Shown here: one piece after another, positions 17,535 to 27,398 of the stretch | How the letters are laid out: each line of letters starts with the position of its first letter | How positions within the stretch are numbered: the first letter of the stretch is position 1 | Source of the DNA: Polyangiaceae bacterium | Lineage (GTDB): Bacteria; Myxococcota_A; Polyangia; Polyangiales; Polyangiaceae | NCBI GenBank assembly: GCA_025936045.1 | Contig: JAICUB010000015.1 | Span: 30,642-94,641 of the forward strand | Direction: 5' to 3' | DNA length: 64,000 nt | Program-made: the position numbers and the translations under genes | The notes under the pieces: model-generated | Told to the model about the DNA's origin: nothing | Seen by the model: only the letters and a program-made list of their open reading frames with translations | Databases searched by the model: none

Positions 17535-18748
17535 GAACTCCGCTGCTCGTGGGACTGGTGGCTCTCGCCTGCGTTGCGTGCGGTCCGGAGTACGTCGATC
17601 CCATTCAACGCTTGCCCGCAGCGAGCGCGGACGCTTGCGAGGAATGGCTCACGGAGAGCGACTGTCTTCTCGACGCTGCTCACGGCTGCAGCTACCAACC
17701 GAATGCGCTCGGCTGTAAGACGACCGATCCGAAGTGCACCTCCGGCAGCTGTCGCTCGGGGGATCCGTTCGTACGCAGCCGTCCCGCCCAGGGACTCTGG
17801 CTCCGCGGTCAACCTTATCGGTTCGTCGGAACCGTCTCGTGGGGCATCGCGTGGGGCAGCGAGTGCCAGGTCAACACGCTGCCGGATCAGGAGACGGCGC
17901 TCAAACGCGTGTTCGACGACCTGGTCGACGTGAGGCTGACGGTGCTGAAGGTTTGGGCGTTCCAGAGTTACGCGGGGACGTCGGGCAGCGATTATGCGAG
18001 CTTCGAGCGGATCGTCGCGGCCGCACGGCGAGCCGGCGTACGGCTGATTTTCGTGCTCGAGAACCAATACGAGCAGGACTGCACGTCCGGGCCGGCCCGC
18101 AACGACTCCTGGTACGCCTCCGGCTATGCGTCACCCTACGGCAACTACGCTCTTTCACTCGTGGACTACGCGCGCGGCCTCGCCGGTCATTTTCGAGACG
18201 AGCCGGCGATTTTAGCGTGGGAGATCCTGCACGAGGGACATACCGGCGACTTCGACGCCATGAACGCCTTCACCGAGGACATGTCCTCGGCGATTCGCGA
18301 AAATGATCCCAACCATCTCATCATACTCGGCACCGACAACGGCGATTCCCCCGCTACCGATCGCAGCCAAATGCCGTCGAACTACGAGCGTCTCCACGCC
18401 CATCCGACGGTCGACCTGCTCGATGCACATGACTTCTCGGCACCGGGTACACCACTCCCCGGCGCAATGATGGACGTTCTGACGATCGCTTCGTCGCTCG
18501 GTAAACCCATCTTCGCGGGCGCGACCGCCGTCGAGCTCGCGGATGCTTCGGCTGCGAGCTTCAGTGGGCGCGCCTCACGTGTCGAGGCCAAGCTTCAAGC
18601 GGCGTTCGACGCCGGTTACGTCGGCTTCCTCGTGTATGACTACATCCCGGACTGGCAGCAGGTGACGTGGTCCTTCGATACGCGGATGGCAGACCCTCTC
18701 GCGGGTCCGAATGGTGTGCTCGTTCGGAATGCAATCCCGAATCCCTAA
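17528..18748 (+). CDS. GH5-like lipoprotein, probably catalytically impaired
   Basis: Lipobox CVAC, Cys-rich N-domain, YRFVG, VLKVWAF, FRDEPAILAWEILHE, DPNHLI, DAH; nucleophile region reads GKPIFAGATA. Confidence 0.8.
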   Translation: MVRTPLLVGLVALACVACGPEYVDPIQRLPAASADACEEWLTESDCLLDAAHGCSYQPNALGCKTTDPKCTSGSCRSGDPFVRSRPAQGLWLRGQPYRFVGTVSWGIAWGSECQVNTLPDQETALKRVFDDLVDVRLTVLKVWAFQSYAGTSGSDYASFERIVAAARRAGVRLIFVLENQYEQDCTSGPARNDSWYASGYASPYGNYALSLVDYARGLAGHFRDEPAILAWEILHEGHTGDFDAMNAFTEDMSSAIRENDPNHLIILGTDNGDSPATDRSQMPSNYERLHAHPTVDLLDAHDFSAPGTPLPGAMMDVLTIASSLGKPIFAGATAVELADASAASFSGRASRVEAKLQAAFDAGYVGFLVYDYIPDWQQVTWSFDTRMADPLAGPNGVLVRNAIPNP

Positions 18749-19560
18749 CGGCGCCGTACGTTCGAGCCCTGTGCAGGGGCGGGGTCGTTGCCTGACTTCG
18801 AGTCCGGTCCTGACGCTTGACTCTTGCTCAGGGCAAACGCGCATAGGAACCCCCCCACGGCGACGAGTCCCGCGAGCGAGTGCGAGTCCTCGAACGCTTC
18901 GGGAATCATCGTATCGATCAACATCGCGAGGATCGCTCCCGCGGCCGTGGCAGTGACCGCCGAAACGATTTCGGGCGCGACGTTGCGAAATGCGACGAAG
19001 CCCAGCACCGAAGCAAGTCCCGATACGAACGCGATCGCCGCCCACAGACCGAAAACGTAAGCGGGTGATCGCTTCGCTTTTTTCATGCCGATGGAGCTCG
19101 AGAGACCTTCGGGCAGGTTCGAGAGGAAAATCGCAATCACTGCGACGAGGCTCACGCCTTTTCCGGCGAGCATGCTCGTGCCGATGACGATCGATTCGGG
19201 GATACCATCCAGCAGTGCACCGACGGCAATGGCCAAACCGCTGCCTGGTTGGTCCGCCTCGGAGGGTTGCGGTCCTCCCGCACGTTTACGGTGCTTGGCG
19301 CCGCGATGGGACAGGAGCGCGTTGATGCCGGTGAAGAGTGCGGCACCCGCCAAGAAGCCGGTGCCAGTCGCCCACATCCCGCCATGCGCTCGCGCATCGT
19401 CCATCAGATCGAAGCTCAGTGCCGAGAGCAGCACACCACTGCCGAAGGCCATGACGCTCGCCGTGATGCGCAACGGCAGCCTTGCGAACCAGCCGAGAAC
19501 CGCCCCGATCAGTAAAGCAGCACCCGCAAGCCACCCCCAGAAACCAGCCATCAACCACAT
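18745..19560 (-). CDS. ZIP family metal transporter
   Basis: MAFGSGVLLSALSFDL, LDGIPES, SNLPEG, DTMIPEAF; start MWLM at 19560. Confidence 0.88.
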   Translation of the reverse strand: MWLMAGFWGWLAGAALLIGAVLGWFARLPLRITASVMAFGSGVLLSALSFDLMDDARAHGGMWATGTGFLAGAALFTGINALLSHRGAKHRKRAGGPQPSEADQPGSGLAIAVGALLDGIPESIVIGTSMLAGKGVSLVAVIAIFLSNLPEGLSSSIGMKKAKRSPAYVFGLWAAIAFVSGLASVLGFVAFRNVAPEIVSAVTATAAGAILAMLIDTMIPEAFEDSHSLAGLVAVGGFLCAFALSKSQASGPDSKSGNDPAPAQGSNVRRR

Positions 19561-20024
19561 GGTGCTGGACGAGCAAGGGTCGTGCCGCCCGCGCAGCCGG
19601 GCCCGGTTTCGCTCGGGATCGTGACGGCGGGCAGCATGGCCGCCAGCCCGCGGTTCCACGGCTCGGCGCGGCGGTGCACCGGACGCGCTCGGGGCCGGTA
19701 CCGGCAGAGGACCCGGGGGACGAGTCGTGGCTCAGGCGATCCCCGGGCGACGAGGACTTCGACGGTGTGCCACGGCTCGACGACCACGTGCCTCGGTGCG
19801 GGGTTCGAGTCGCTCGACACGGTACATCGCGCCGGCGTGGTGCAACGACTACTCAGGTGCACGAAATGATCGTAGCGCCCGGCGCGCGGCCTGGCTTCGG
19901 GCCAGGACTCGATGCACGCGCTGGGGGCGCCTGGGTCTCCGCCCATCGGTGCGCCGTTCGCCGCGCCGGCTCCCGCGGGAAGTGCTGCGCAGAGCGCAAC
20001 GGCCAAGCAGCGCCAGGAAATCAC
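19551..20024 (-). CDS. Small secreted Cys-containing hypothetical protein
   Basis: Signal peptide, then C..WPEAR..YDHFVHL..C...C.VSSD.NP..GSP..C. Confidence 0.55.
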   Translation of the reverse strand: MISWRCLAVALCAALPAGAGAANGAPMGGDPGAPSACIESWPEARPRAGRYDHFVHLSSRCTTPARCTVSSDSNPAPRHVVVEPWHTVEVLVARGSPEPRLVPRVLCRYRPRARPVHRRAEPWNRGLAAMLPAVTIPSETGPGCAGGTTLARPAPCG

Positions 20025-20144
20025 ACGTACCTGGCTGCAAATGCCGTTCCCGCGCTCAACCTCGTTGCACGTTTCCCGAGCTTCGACGGCGTCCCGTCTG
20101 GTGAGTCAGGAGTGCATCGCCGCGGCAATCTGGACTGCCGACCA

Positions 20145-20158
20145 TGACAACCATGTAA
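20145..20158 (+). promoter_or_regulatory. CopR/CusR-type operator TGACA-N4-TGTAA
   Basis: TGACAACCATGTAA upstream of moxR; the operon ends with a CusR-like regulator. Confidence 0.55.
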
Positions 20159-20239
20159 CGTTCGCGCAAGGTCCGGGCAGGACAGGCACTGCATGGTCTC
20201 CGTGTTCCCGAAGGACGGGACGACACAGAGAGGCCAGCC

Positions 20240-21286
20240 ATGCAGACTCAGAGCCCCATCGACGGCAATCGCCCGACCTCGTTCGCCCACGGCGTCGGCA
20301 ACGCGGCCATTCAGGCCTTGCAGGAAGACGTACGGCGCCACTCGCAGTGGGTCGCACCGGTCGAGCAGGAGGTCGCGCGCGTCATCGTCGGCCAGCACTT
20401 CCTCGTCGAGCGGCTGCTCATCGGCCTGCTCACGAGCGGCCACGTGCTGCTCGAAGGCGTGCCGGGGCTCGCCAAGACGCTTTCGCTCAAGACGCTCGCG
20501 GGGGCGTTGCACGCGCAGCTGCGACGCGTGCAGTTCACGCCCGACATGCTGCCGAGCGACATCGTGGGCACGCTGATTTACAACCCCCGTGAGGGCGACT
20601 TCGTCACCAAGCGCGGCCCGGTGTTCTCGAACCTCGTGCTCGCCGACGAAATCAACCGCGCGCCGGCCAAGGTGCAGAGCGCGCTGCTCGAAGCCATGCA
20701 GGAGCATCAAGTCACGCTCGGCGAAGAGACGCTCATGCTGCCCGAGCCGTTTCTCGTGATGGCGACGCAGAACCCGATCGAACAAGAGGGTACTTACCCG
20801 CTCCCGGAAGCGCAGATCGACCGCTTCATGCTGAAGCTCGTGATCGGTTACCCGAGCCAGGCCGAAGAGCGCGCGATCCTCGACGCGATGGCGACGAGCG
20901 ATCCGGACCTGACCGTGCGAAAGGTCGTCGGCGTGGACGAAATCCTGGCGTCCCGCCGCGTGGTCAACCGCATTTACGTGGATGATCGGCTCAAGGACTA
21001 CATCGTAGCGTTGGTCGTCGCGACACGTGATCCGGCCAAGCTTGCGCCCAAGCTCGCGCGCCACGTGCAGTTCGGCGCGTCACCGCGCGCGACCATCAGC
21101 CTGACGCTCGCGGCCAAGGCGCACGCATTCTTGCAGGGTCGCGGTTACGTGACGCCGCTCGACGTGAAGTCACTCGCGCACGACGTGCTCAGGCACCGCA
21201 TCGTGCGCACCTACGAGGCCGAGGCCGAGGGCGTCACGACCGATCACGTAATCGACGCCTTGCTCGAGGCCCTGCCGGTCCCGTGA
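20240..21286 (+). CDS. moxR: MoxR family AAA+ ATPase
   Basis: HVLLEGVPGLAKT, QFTPDMLPSD, LADEINRAPAKVQSALLEAM, ATQNPIEQEGTYPLPEAQIDRF, GASPRA. Confidence 0.95.
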   Translation: MQTQSPIDGNRPTSFAHGVGNAAIQALQEDVRRHSQWVAPVEQEVARVIVGQHFLVERLLIGLLTSGHVLLEGVPGLAKTLSLKTLAGALHAQLRRVQFTPDMLPSDIVGTLIYNPREGDFVTKRGPVFSNLVLADEINRAPAKVQSALLEAMQEHQVTLGEETLMLPEPFLVMATQNPIEQEGTYPLPEAQIDRFMLKLVIGYPSQAEERAILDAMATSDPDLTVRKVVGVDEILASRRVVNRIYVDDRLKDYIVALVVATRDPAKLAPKLARHVQFGASPRATISLTLAAKAHAFLQGRGYVTPLDVKSLAHDVLRHRIVRTYEAEAEGVTTDHVIDALLEALPVP

Positions 21287-22200
21287 GGAGCGACACCATG
21301 GAGGAGCAGAGCCTCGCAGAAGTCGTGCGAAAAGTTCGGCAGATCGAGCTCCGCACGCGACGACTCGTCAACGACGCGGTCGCCGGGCACTACCACTCGG
21401 TGTTTCGGGGCCGCGGCATCGACTTCGACGAGGTGCGCGAGTACGTGCCGGGCGACGACGTCCGCACCATCGACTGGCACGTCACGGCGCGCGCCGGCCA
21501 CCCCTTCGTCAAGAAATTCCGCGAAGATCGCGAGCTCACGATTTTGCTGCTCGTGGACGTGAGTGGCTCCCTCGAGTTCGGCTCCGCCGCGGCGAGCAAG
21601 CGCGAGCTCGAGGCGGAGCTCGCGAGCGTCCTCGCGCTATCTGCCACGCGCAACAACGACAAGGTGGGGCTCGTGCTCTTTACCGAGGACGTCGAGACGT
21701 ACATCCCGCCGAAGAAGGGACGTTTTCACGTGCTCCGCGTGGTGCGCGAAATACTCGGCGCGGCGCCGCAACGTCGCGGCACCGACGTGGCGCGCGCGCT
21801 CCGCTTCGCGAACGAGGTGACGCATCGGCGCGCCATCGTGTTTCTGCTCTCGGACCTGCTGTCGCCCCGAGGTGCTCACGCCGACTTACGCGACGCCGTG
21901 CGGCTCGTCCGGCGGCGACACGACCTCGTCGCCATGCACCTCCACGATCCGCGCGAGATGGCGTTACCGAACGTGGGGTTGCTCACGCTCGAAGACGCGG
22001 AGACGGATGAGCTCGTCGAGCTCGACACCGGCAAGGCCAGGGTGCGTGAGCGCTACGCCGCGCTCGCCGAGACGCGGCGGCTCGAAACCGCGCGCACGCT
22101 GCGTCGCGAAGGCGTGGATTGCCTGGAAATCGATACGGCCCGGCCCTACCTCCCTCCGCTCCTCGCCTTCTTCAAGAATCGCGAACGGAGGCTCGCATGA
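21283..22200 (+). CDS. DUF58 domain protein
   Basis: GRGIDFDEVREYVPGDDVRTIDW..TAR; DVSGS (alternative start 21298). Confidence 0.92.
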   Translation: MRSDTMEEQSLAEVVRKVRQIELRTRRLVNDAVAGHYHSVFRGRGIDFDEVREYVPGDDVRTIDWHVTARAGHPFVKKFREDRELTILLLVDVSGSLEFGSAAASKRELEAELASVLALSATRNNDKVGLVLFTEDVETYIPPKKGRFHVLRVVREILGAAPQRRGTDVARALRFANEVTHRRAIVFLLSDLLSPRGAHADLRDAVRLVRRRHDLVAMHLHDPREMALPNVGLLTLEDAETDELVELDTGKARVRERYAALAETRRLETARTLRREGVDCLEIDTARPYLPPLLAFFKNRERRLA

Positions 22201-22802
22201 CCGTTCCGCATGCGCTCGCCCCCGCGCTCGGCGCGACCCGAACCGGCGCCGCGGCGCAAGATATCCGTGACATTCGCGGGCCAATCCCGATCCCCTCGGT
22301 CTGGCCGACGGTGCTGGTCGTGGCGGGCGTCGTCGCCGTCGCCCTGTTGCTCGCGGTCGTCGCGTACGCGGTCGTGCGCCACGTTCGACGGACGCGCGTG
22401 AAGACGCCGGCTCAAATCGCCCTCGCTCGCCTGGAGCAGGCGCGCGCGCTCGCTACCGAGGGACGGGCCGCCGAGCTCGGCGAGGTCGTCTCCGGCACCT
22501 TGCGCGCGTACATCGAGGCGCGCTTCGACTTGCGCGCCCCGAAGCGTACGACCGAGGAGTTTCTCCACGAGCTTGCCCGCGTGAGCGAGAGCCCGGTAGC
22601 GCGGCATCGCGACGCGCTGGCGGCGTTCCTCGGTGCCTGCGATCTCGCGAAATTTGCGCGCTTCGCCATCGATGTCGAACACGAGCTCGCGATGATCGAC
22701 GCCGCGGTCGGCTTCGTGAACGCGACGGACGCTGCGGTGCCCGTTCGGGAACACGAACCGGCGCCGCCGCGCGCTCTCACTCCCTCCGAGGTACGGCCAT
22801 GA
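22197..22802 (+). CDS. DUF4381-like Bat-operon membrane protein
   Basis: DIRDIRGP, TM helix, LRAYIE.RF..TTEEFL, DLAKFA; ATGA overlap with the upstream gene. Confidence 0.75.
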   Translation: MTVPHALAPALGATRTGAAAQDIRDIRGPIPIPSVWPTVLVVAGVVAVALLLAVVAYAVVRHVRRTRVKTPAQIALARLEQARALATEGRAAELGEVVSGTLRAYIEARFDLRAPKRTTEEFLHELARVSESPVARHRDALAAFLGACDLAKFARFAIDVEHELAMIDAAVGFVNATDAAVPVREHEPAPPRALTPSEVRP

Positions 22803-23869
22803 ATCTCGGTCAGCTGCCGTTTCACACCGCGCTGCCGCCCGAGCTCGCGACGGCGCTTCGGTCGGCGTTGGCGCTCCATTTCGCGTCACCCGCTTGCTTG
22901 TGGGCGCTCCTGCTCCTGCCGCTCGTCTACCTTTGGCGCGGGCGCCGCGGCCGGCGCGCGGCGGTCGGTTTTTCGAGCGTCTCGACGGCGCGCGAGGTCG
23001 CTCGCGACGTGAAGAGCCGCTGGGGCCGCTTGCTGCCTCTCGCGCGCACGCTCGCCCTGGCTGCAGGCATCCTCGCGCTGGCTCGGCCGCAAGTCGCTCA
23101 CGCCCACGCGGACGCTCGGGCGAGCGGCGTGGATTTACTGCTCGCCCTCGACGTGTCGGGCTCGATGGGCTCGCTGGATTTCAAGCGTGACGACGCGCCG
23201 GTGAGCCGGCTCGACGTGGTCAAGTCCGTCGTCCAGGACTTCGTCGGCGACCGCCCGAACGATCGACTCGGAATGATCGCGTTCGCGGGCAGGCCGTACC
23301 TCGTGAGCCCCCTCACGCTCGATCACGATTGGCTCGTGCAGAACCTCGACCGAGTTCGCATCGGCGCGGTCGAGGACGGCACGGCCATCGGTTCGGCGCT
23401 CGGAGCCGCGGTCAATCGGCTGCGCGGGCAGGCCTCGAAGTCGAAGGTGGTGATTCTGCTGACGGACGGCGTGAACAACAGCGGCAGCGTGCGTCCCGAG
23501 CTCGCGGCGGAGGCCGCCAAAGCGCTCGGCGTGCGCGTGTACACCATCGGCGTCGGCGTACGCGGCGAAGCGCCCATGCCCGTCACGGCCGAAGACGGCA
23601 CGACACGACTCGTCATGACCAAGGTCGACATCGACGAGGACACGCTGCGCAACATCGCCGACACCACGGGCGGCAAGTACTTCCGCGCCACCGACACGGG
23701 GTCGCTCCGCCAGATCTACGCCGCCATCGACAAGATGGAGAAGACGACGCACACCGTCCACCATTACGAGACGCACGAGGAGCGCTTTGCGTGGTTTCTG
23801 ACCCCGGCCGCTTGCCTCCTCGCGCTCGAGCTCGGCTTCGGCCTCACGCGTTTCCGTCGCGTCCCCTGA
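22799..23869 (+). CDS. batA: BatA-like VWA domain protein
   Basis: ALARPQ, DVSGSM (MIDAS), SPLTLD, GTAIG, ILLTDG.NN, YFRA. Confidence 0.88.
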   Translation: MNLGQLPFHTALPPELATALRSALALHFASPACLWALLLLPLVYLWRGRRGRRAAVGFSSVSTAREVARDVKSRWGRLLPLARTLALAAGILALARPQVAHAHADARASGVDLLLALDVSGSMGSLDFKRDDAPVSRLDVVKSVVQDFVGDRPNDRLGMIAFAGRPYLVSPLTLDHDWLVQNLDRVRIGAVEDGTAIGSALGAAVNRLRGQASKSKVVILLTDGVNNSGSVRPELAAEAAKALGVRVYTIGVGVRGEAPMPVTAEDGTTRLVMTKVDIDEDTLRNIADTTGGKYFRATDTGSLRQIYAAIDKMEKTTHTVHHYETHEERFAWFLTPAACLLALELGFGLTRFRRVP

Positions 23870-23882
23870 CCACGAGATCGCC

Positions 23883-25829
23883 ATGCATTTCGTCCATCCC
23901 GCATTCCTCGTCATTGCCGCCGCCGCCGTGGTTGCGCTCGGCTTCATGTTTGCCGCGGCGGACCACGCACGCAGGCGAGCACTCGCCCGCGTCGGCGCGC
24001 AGCGTCTGCTCCCGCGACTGACGGCTTCACTCTCGAAAGCACGTCGCCGTTCGAAGCAAGCGGCGCTTGCCGTCGGGACGGCGCTCGTACTCGTCGCGTT
24101 CGCCAGGCCAGAGCTCGGCTACCGCTGGGAGCAGGTGCAGCGCCGGGGCGTGGACCTGTTGTTCGCGATCGACACGTCGAAGAGCATGCTGGCGCGCGAC
24201 GTGAAGCCGAACCGCCTCGAGCGGGCGAAGCTCGCCGTGCGTTCGCTCGTCGAGAAGTTCCCCGACAATCGCGTCGGGCTCGTCGTCTTCGCGGGCGACG
24301 CGTTCGTCGAGACCCCGCTCACGCTCGATCACGGCATTTTCGACGAATCAGTCGCCGCGCTCGACACCAGCGTCGTCCCCGTCGGTGGCACGAACCTCGG
24401 CAGCGCCATCGACCACGCAACCCGGGCGCTCGCGGGCGACACGCACGACAAGGTGCTCGTGCTGCTCACGGACGGCGAAGATCTCGCGGGGGCGGCACTC
24501 GACGCCGCCACGCGCGCCGCCAAGGAGGGCGTCGTCATCGATACGCTCGGCGTCGGAACTCCGAGCGGGGAGCTCGTGCCGGAATCCGGCGAGAACGGGC
24601 AGACACGGTTCGTGCGGGACCAAGCCGGCAAGCTCGTCACGTCGCGGCTCGACGAGGCGGCCCTCGCGAGCATCGCGCGCGCAACCGGCGGCGAATACCG
24701 CCCCCTCGGGGATACGGGCCAGGGCCTCGATTCGCTGTATCGCGACCGGCTCGCGAAGCTCGCCACGTCCGAGCTCGCGTCACGCAGCATTCGGGTGCCC
24801 ATCGAGCGCTTTCAATGGCCGCTCGCGGCCGGCCTGCTGCTGCTCGGGCTCGAGCCGCTCATCGGCGAACGGAAGCGGCGGCGCGGTCGCCGAACGTCGC
24901 AGCCGCGCCCGGTGGTGGCGGCCGGTGTCGTCGCGGTGCTCATGCTCCTGCCGGGGCGAGCTTGGGCTTCACCGCAGAGCGCCGAGCGTGCGTACGCGAA
25001 GGGCGACTTCGATACCGCCGAACGCGAGTACGCCGATGCCGCGCATTCGACCCCGGGCGACGCGCGCCTGAGCTTCAACGCCGGCGCCGCCGCGTACCGC
25101 AAGGGCGCCTACGACGCGGCCGCCAAGGCCTTCGAAAACACGCTCCGCAGCACCGACCTCGGCCTGCAGGAGCAGGCCTATTACAACCTCGGCAACGCCG
25201 GGTACCGCGTCGGCGAGGCGGCGCTCGCGAAGCAAGACGTCGAGGGCACGAAGGCGCGCTGGAAGCAGGCGATCGACGAGTACGAGCGAGCCCTGCGCTT
25301 GCGCGCCGACGATGCCGACGCCCGCTATAACCTCGAGTTCGTGCGGCGAAAGCTCGCCGAGCTCGAGCAACGCACGGCCGAGCAGCGCAAAAACTCGACC
25401 GGTTCGCAGCAGAACCAGCAGAAGCCGGGCGGGCAAGATCAGCAGCAGCAAAACCAGCAGGGCCAAGGTCAGCAGCAGCAAAACCAGCAGGGCCAAGGTC
25501 AGCAGCAGCAAAGCCAGCAGGGCGCAGCTCAAGCCAAACCGCAAACAGGGCAAGGTCAGACGCGGCCGGATCAGCGGGGCCAGCAACCAGCGCCCTCGAG
25601 TGCCAAGCCGTCAGCGACTCAAGAGCCGCCGCCACCTCAAGGAGAGAAGTCGGGTCGTGGAGGGCAGGGACAGAACCACTCCGACGCCGATCAGCCAGAG
25701 CCCGGCGCGCTGTCCAAGGCCGACGCCGCGGCGCTCCTCGATTCGATGCGCGGCGAGCTCAGGCTCGGCGCTCCGCCGCGCAAGGGCGCGCAGCACGCCA
25801 CGCCGGACGAGCCGGAAAGGGATTGGTGA
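23883..25829 (+). CDS. BatB-BatC fusion (VWA + TPR + Gln-rich tail)
   Basis: DTSKSMLARDVKPNRL, LLTDGED, YYNLGN TPRs, DARYNLE, Gln-rich linker, C-terminal RDW. Confidence 0.85.
   Translation: MHFVHPAFLVIAAAAVVALGFMFAAADHARRRALARVGAQRLLPRLTASLSKARRRSKQAALAVGTALVLVAFARPELGYRWEQVQRRGVDLLFAIDTSKSMLARDVKPNRLERAKLAVRSLVEKFPDNRVGLVVFAGDAFVETPLTLDHGIFDESVAALDTSVVPVGGTNLGSAIDHATRALAGDTHDKVLVLLTDGEDLAGAALDAATRAAKEGVVIDTLGVGTPSGELVPESGENGQTRFVRDQAGKLVTSRLDEAALASIARATGGEYRPLGDTGQGLDSLYRDRLAKLATSELASRSIRVPIERFQWPLAAGLLLLGLEPLIGERKRRRGRRTSQPRPVVAAGVVAVLMLLPGRAWASPQSAERAYAKGDFDTAEREYADAAHSTPGDARLSFNAGAAAYRKGAYDAAAKAFENTLRSTDLGLQEQAYYNLGNAGYRVGEAALAKQDVEGTKARWKQAIDEYERALRLRADDADARYNLEFVRRKLAELEQRTAEQRKNSTGSQQNQQKPGGQDQQQQNQQGQGQQQQNQQGQGQQQQSQQGAAQAKPQTGQGQTRPDQRGQQPAPSSAKPSATQEPPPPQGEKSGRGGQGQNHSDADQPEPGALSKADAAALLDSMRGELRLGAPPRKGAQHATPDEPERDW
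25440..25523 (+). repeat. 30-bp coding tandem repeat (QQQQNQQGQG, about 2.8 copies)
   Basis: cagcagcagcaaaaccagcagggccaaggt repeated. Confidence 0.85.
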
Positions 25830-25832
25830 ACC

Positions 25833-27398
25833 GTGACGACGCACCGCACTTCGAGCCACTTCTGCGCGCTCCTGTCAGCGTTCGGCGCCGCGCTCTTCAG
25901 CGCTGTCGCCGTGGCCGCGCCGACTCCGGGCATCGCGGCCGTTCAGCCCGTCGTGGCGCCGGCCCAACGAGGCCCTGACGCGGGCGAGTCCGGGCGTGCG
26001 TTCGCGACGCTCAAGCTGCCGAAGCACACCCTCTATGTCGGCGAGTCCGTCCCGATCGCGCTCCACGCGTATTACTCGGCAGGCACTGCGGTCACCGTTA
26101 CGGGCGCACCGACCGTGAATAGTCCCGACTTCACGCTGAGCGTCGGCGATGCGGCGCAAGGCCGCGCGGCCGTCGGGGGCGAGCCTTACCTCGAGGTCAC
26201 CTGGAAGGGACGCCTTTCGCCCGTGAAGGCGGGGCACTACGAACTCGAGGTTCGCATCCCGAGCACGCTCGAATGGCGCGCGGCGCCCGCCCGCTCGCTC
26301 TCCGCACCCGACGACGATCTGTTCGGCGATGCTTTCGGCGATCTCGACTTCCCCGGAATGAACGGCGACCCGTTCGCTGCCATGCAGCAGCACATGCAGC
26401 ACCTCATGGACCAGGCAATGCAGGGGTTCGATGCTGGCCCGGTGCAGAAGCGGACGCTCACGCTGCAATCGAAGAAGCTCTCGCTCGACGTTCAACCGCT
26501 ACCGCCCGCGGCCAGACCCGCGAGCTTCAGCGGCGCCGTTGGTCACTTCAGCCTCGAAGCGAGCGTCACGGATCGCCACGTGCGCGCAGGCGAGCCGGTG
26601 GATCTCCGACTCGTCGTCACCGGCGACGGTAACTTCGATCGCGTCACGACGGCGGGCGTCCCGAGCTCAGCTACCCTCGAGAGTTATCCGCCCACGAGCA
26701 GCCAAAGTGGGAACGCGAAGACCTTCACGCAGCCGCTCGTCCCGCGCGAGGCAGGCCAGGTGGAGATCCCAGCCGTGGAGCTCGGCTATTTCGATCCGGA
26801 CGCGCACCGGTACGTCACGGCGCGCAGCGAACCCATCGCGCTCGACGTGGCTCCCGGCCGTGCGCTCGCCGCGAGCCGGTCCGGCGTCGTGCCGGACGCC
26901 GCGCGCGGGCCGACGCTCGCGCCCAATGCCGCCGCCGAAGGTCGCACCGTCGCGTCGTTGCGCCCGCTCTACACGCGTCGCCGCTTCTGGCTCGCGCAAC
27001 TCGTACCGTTCGCTGCGCTGGCCGCCGCGCTCTCGTTCGCCGGCTGGCGCAAACGGGTGACGAGCGATCCACATCGGAGCTTGCGAGCGTCCGCACGCAG
27101 GGCGCTCCGCCGTCACACCGCCGAGCTCGAAGCCGCGTTCGCCGTGGGCGACGCCCCGGCCTTCTTTGCCGCTGCCCGCGCCGCGCTCCAGCAGCGCCTG
27201 GGCGCGCTCTGGGGCATCCTGCCGGAAGCTATCACGCTCGTTGAAATCGAACGGCGAGTGAGCGGCCCGCAACTCCACACGCTGCAGACGGTGTTCGACG
27301 CCGACGCAGCTCGCTTCGGCCCGGGAGCGACGCCACGAGAGCTCGCCTCCTGCCGGGACGGCGTGCGCCGCATCCTCGCTCATCCGGAGGCACCATGA
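25833..27398 (+). CDS. batD: BatD-like protein
   Basis: LYVGE, V.PLP...RPASFSGAVG.F, G.GN, YFDP...YVT, C-terminal TM. Confidence 0.8.
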   Translation: MTTHRTSSHFCALLSAFGAALFSAVAVAAPTPGIAAVQPVVAPAQRGPDAGESGRAFATLKLPKHTLYVGESVPIALHAYYSAGTAVTVTGAPTVNSPDFTLSVGDAAQGRAAVGGEPYLEVTWKGRLSPVKAGHYELEVRIPSTLEWRAAPARSLSAPDDDLFGDAFGDLDFPGMNGDPFAAMQQHMQHLMDQAMQGFDAGPVQKRTLTLQSKKLSLDVQPLPPAARPASFSGAVGHFSLEASVTDRHVRAGEPVDLRLVVTGDGNFDRVTTAGVPSSATLESYPPTSSQSGNAKTFTQPLVPREAGQVEIPAVELGYFDPDAHRYVTARSEPIALDVAPGRALAASRSGVVPDAARGPTLAPNAAAEGRTVASLRPLYTRRRFWLAQLVPFAALAAALSFAGWRKRVTSDPHRSLRASARRALRRHTAELEAAFAVGDAPAFFAAARAALQQRLGALWGILPEAITLVEIERRVSGPQLHTLQTVFDADAARFGPGATPRELASCRDGVRRILAHPEAP

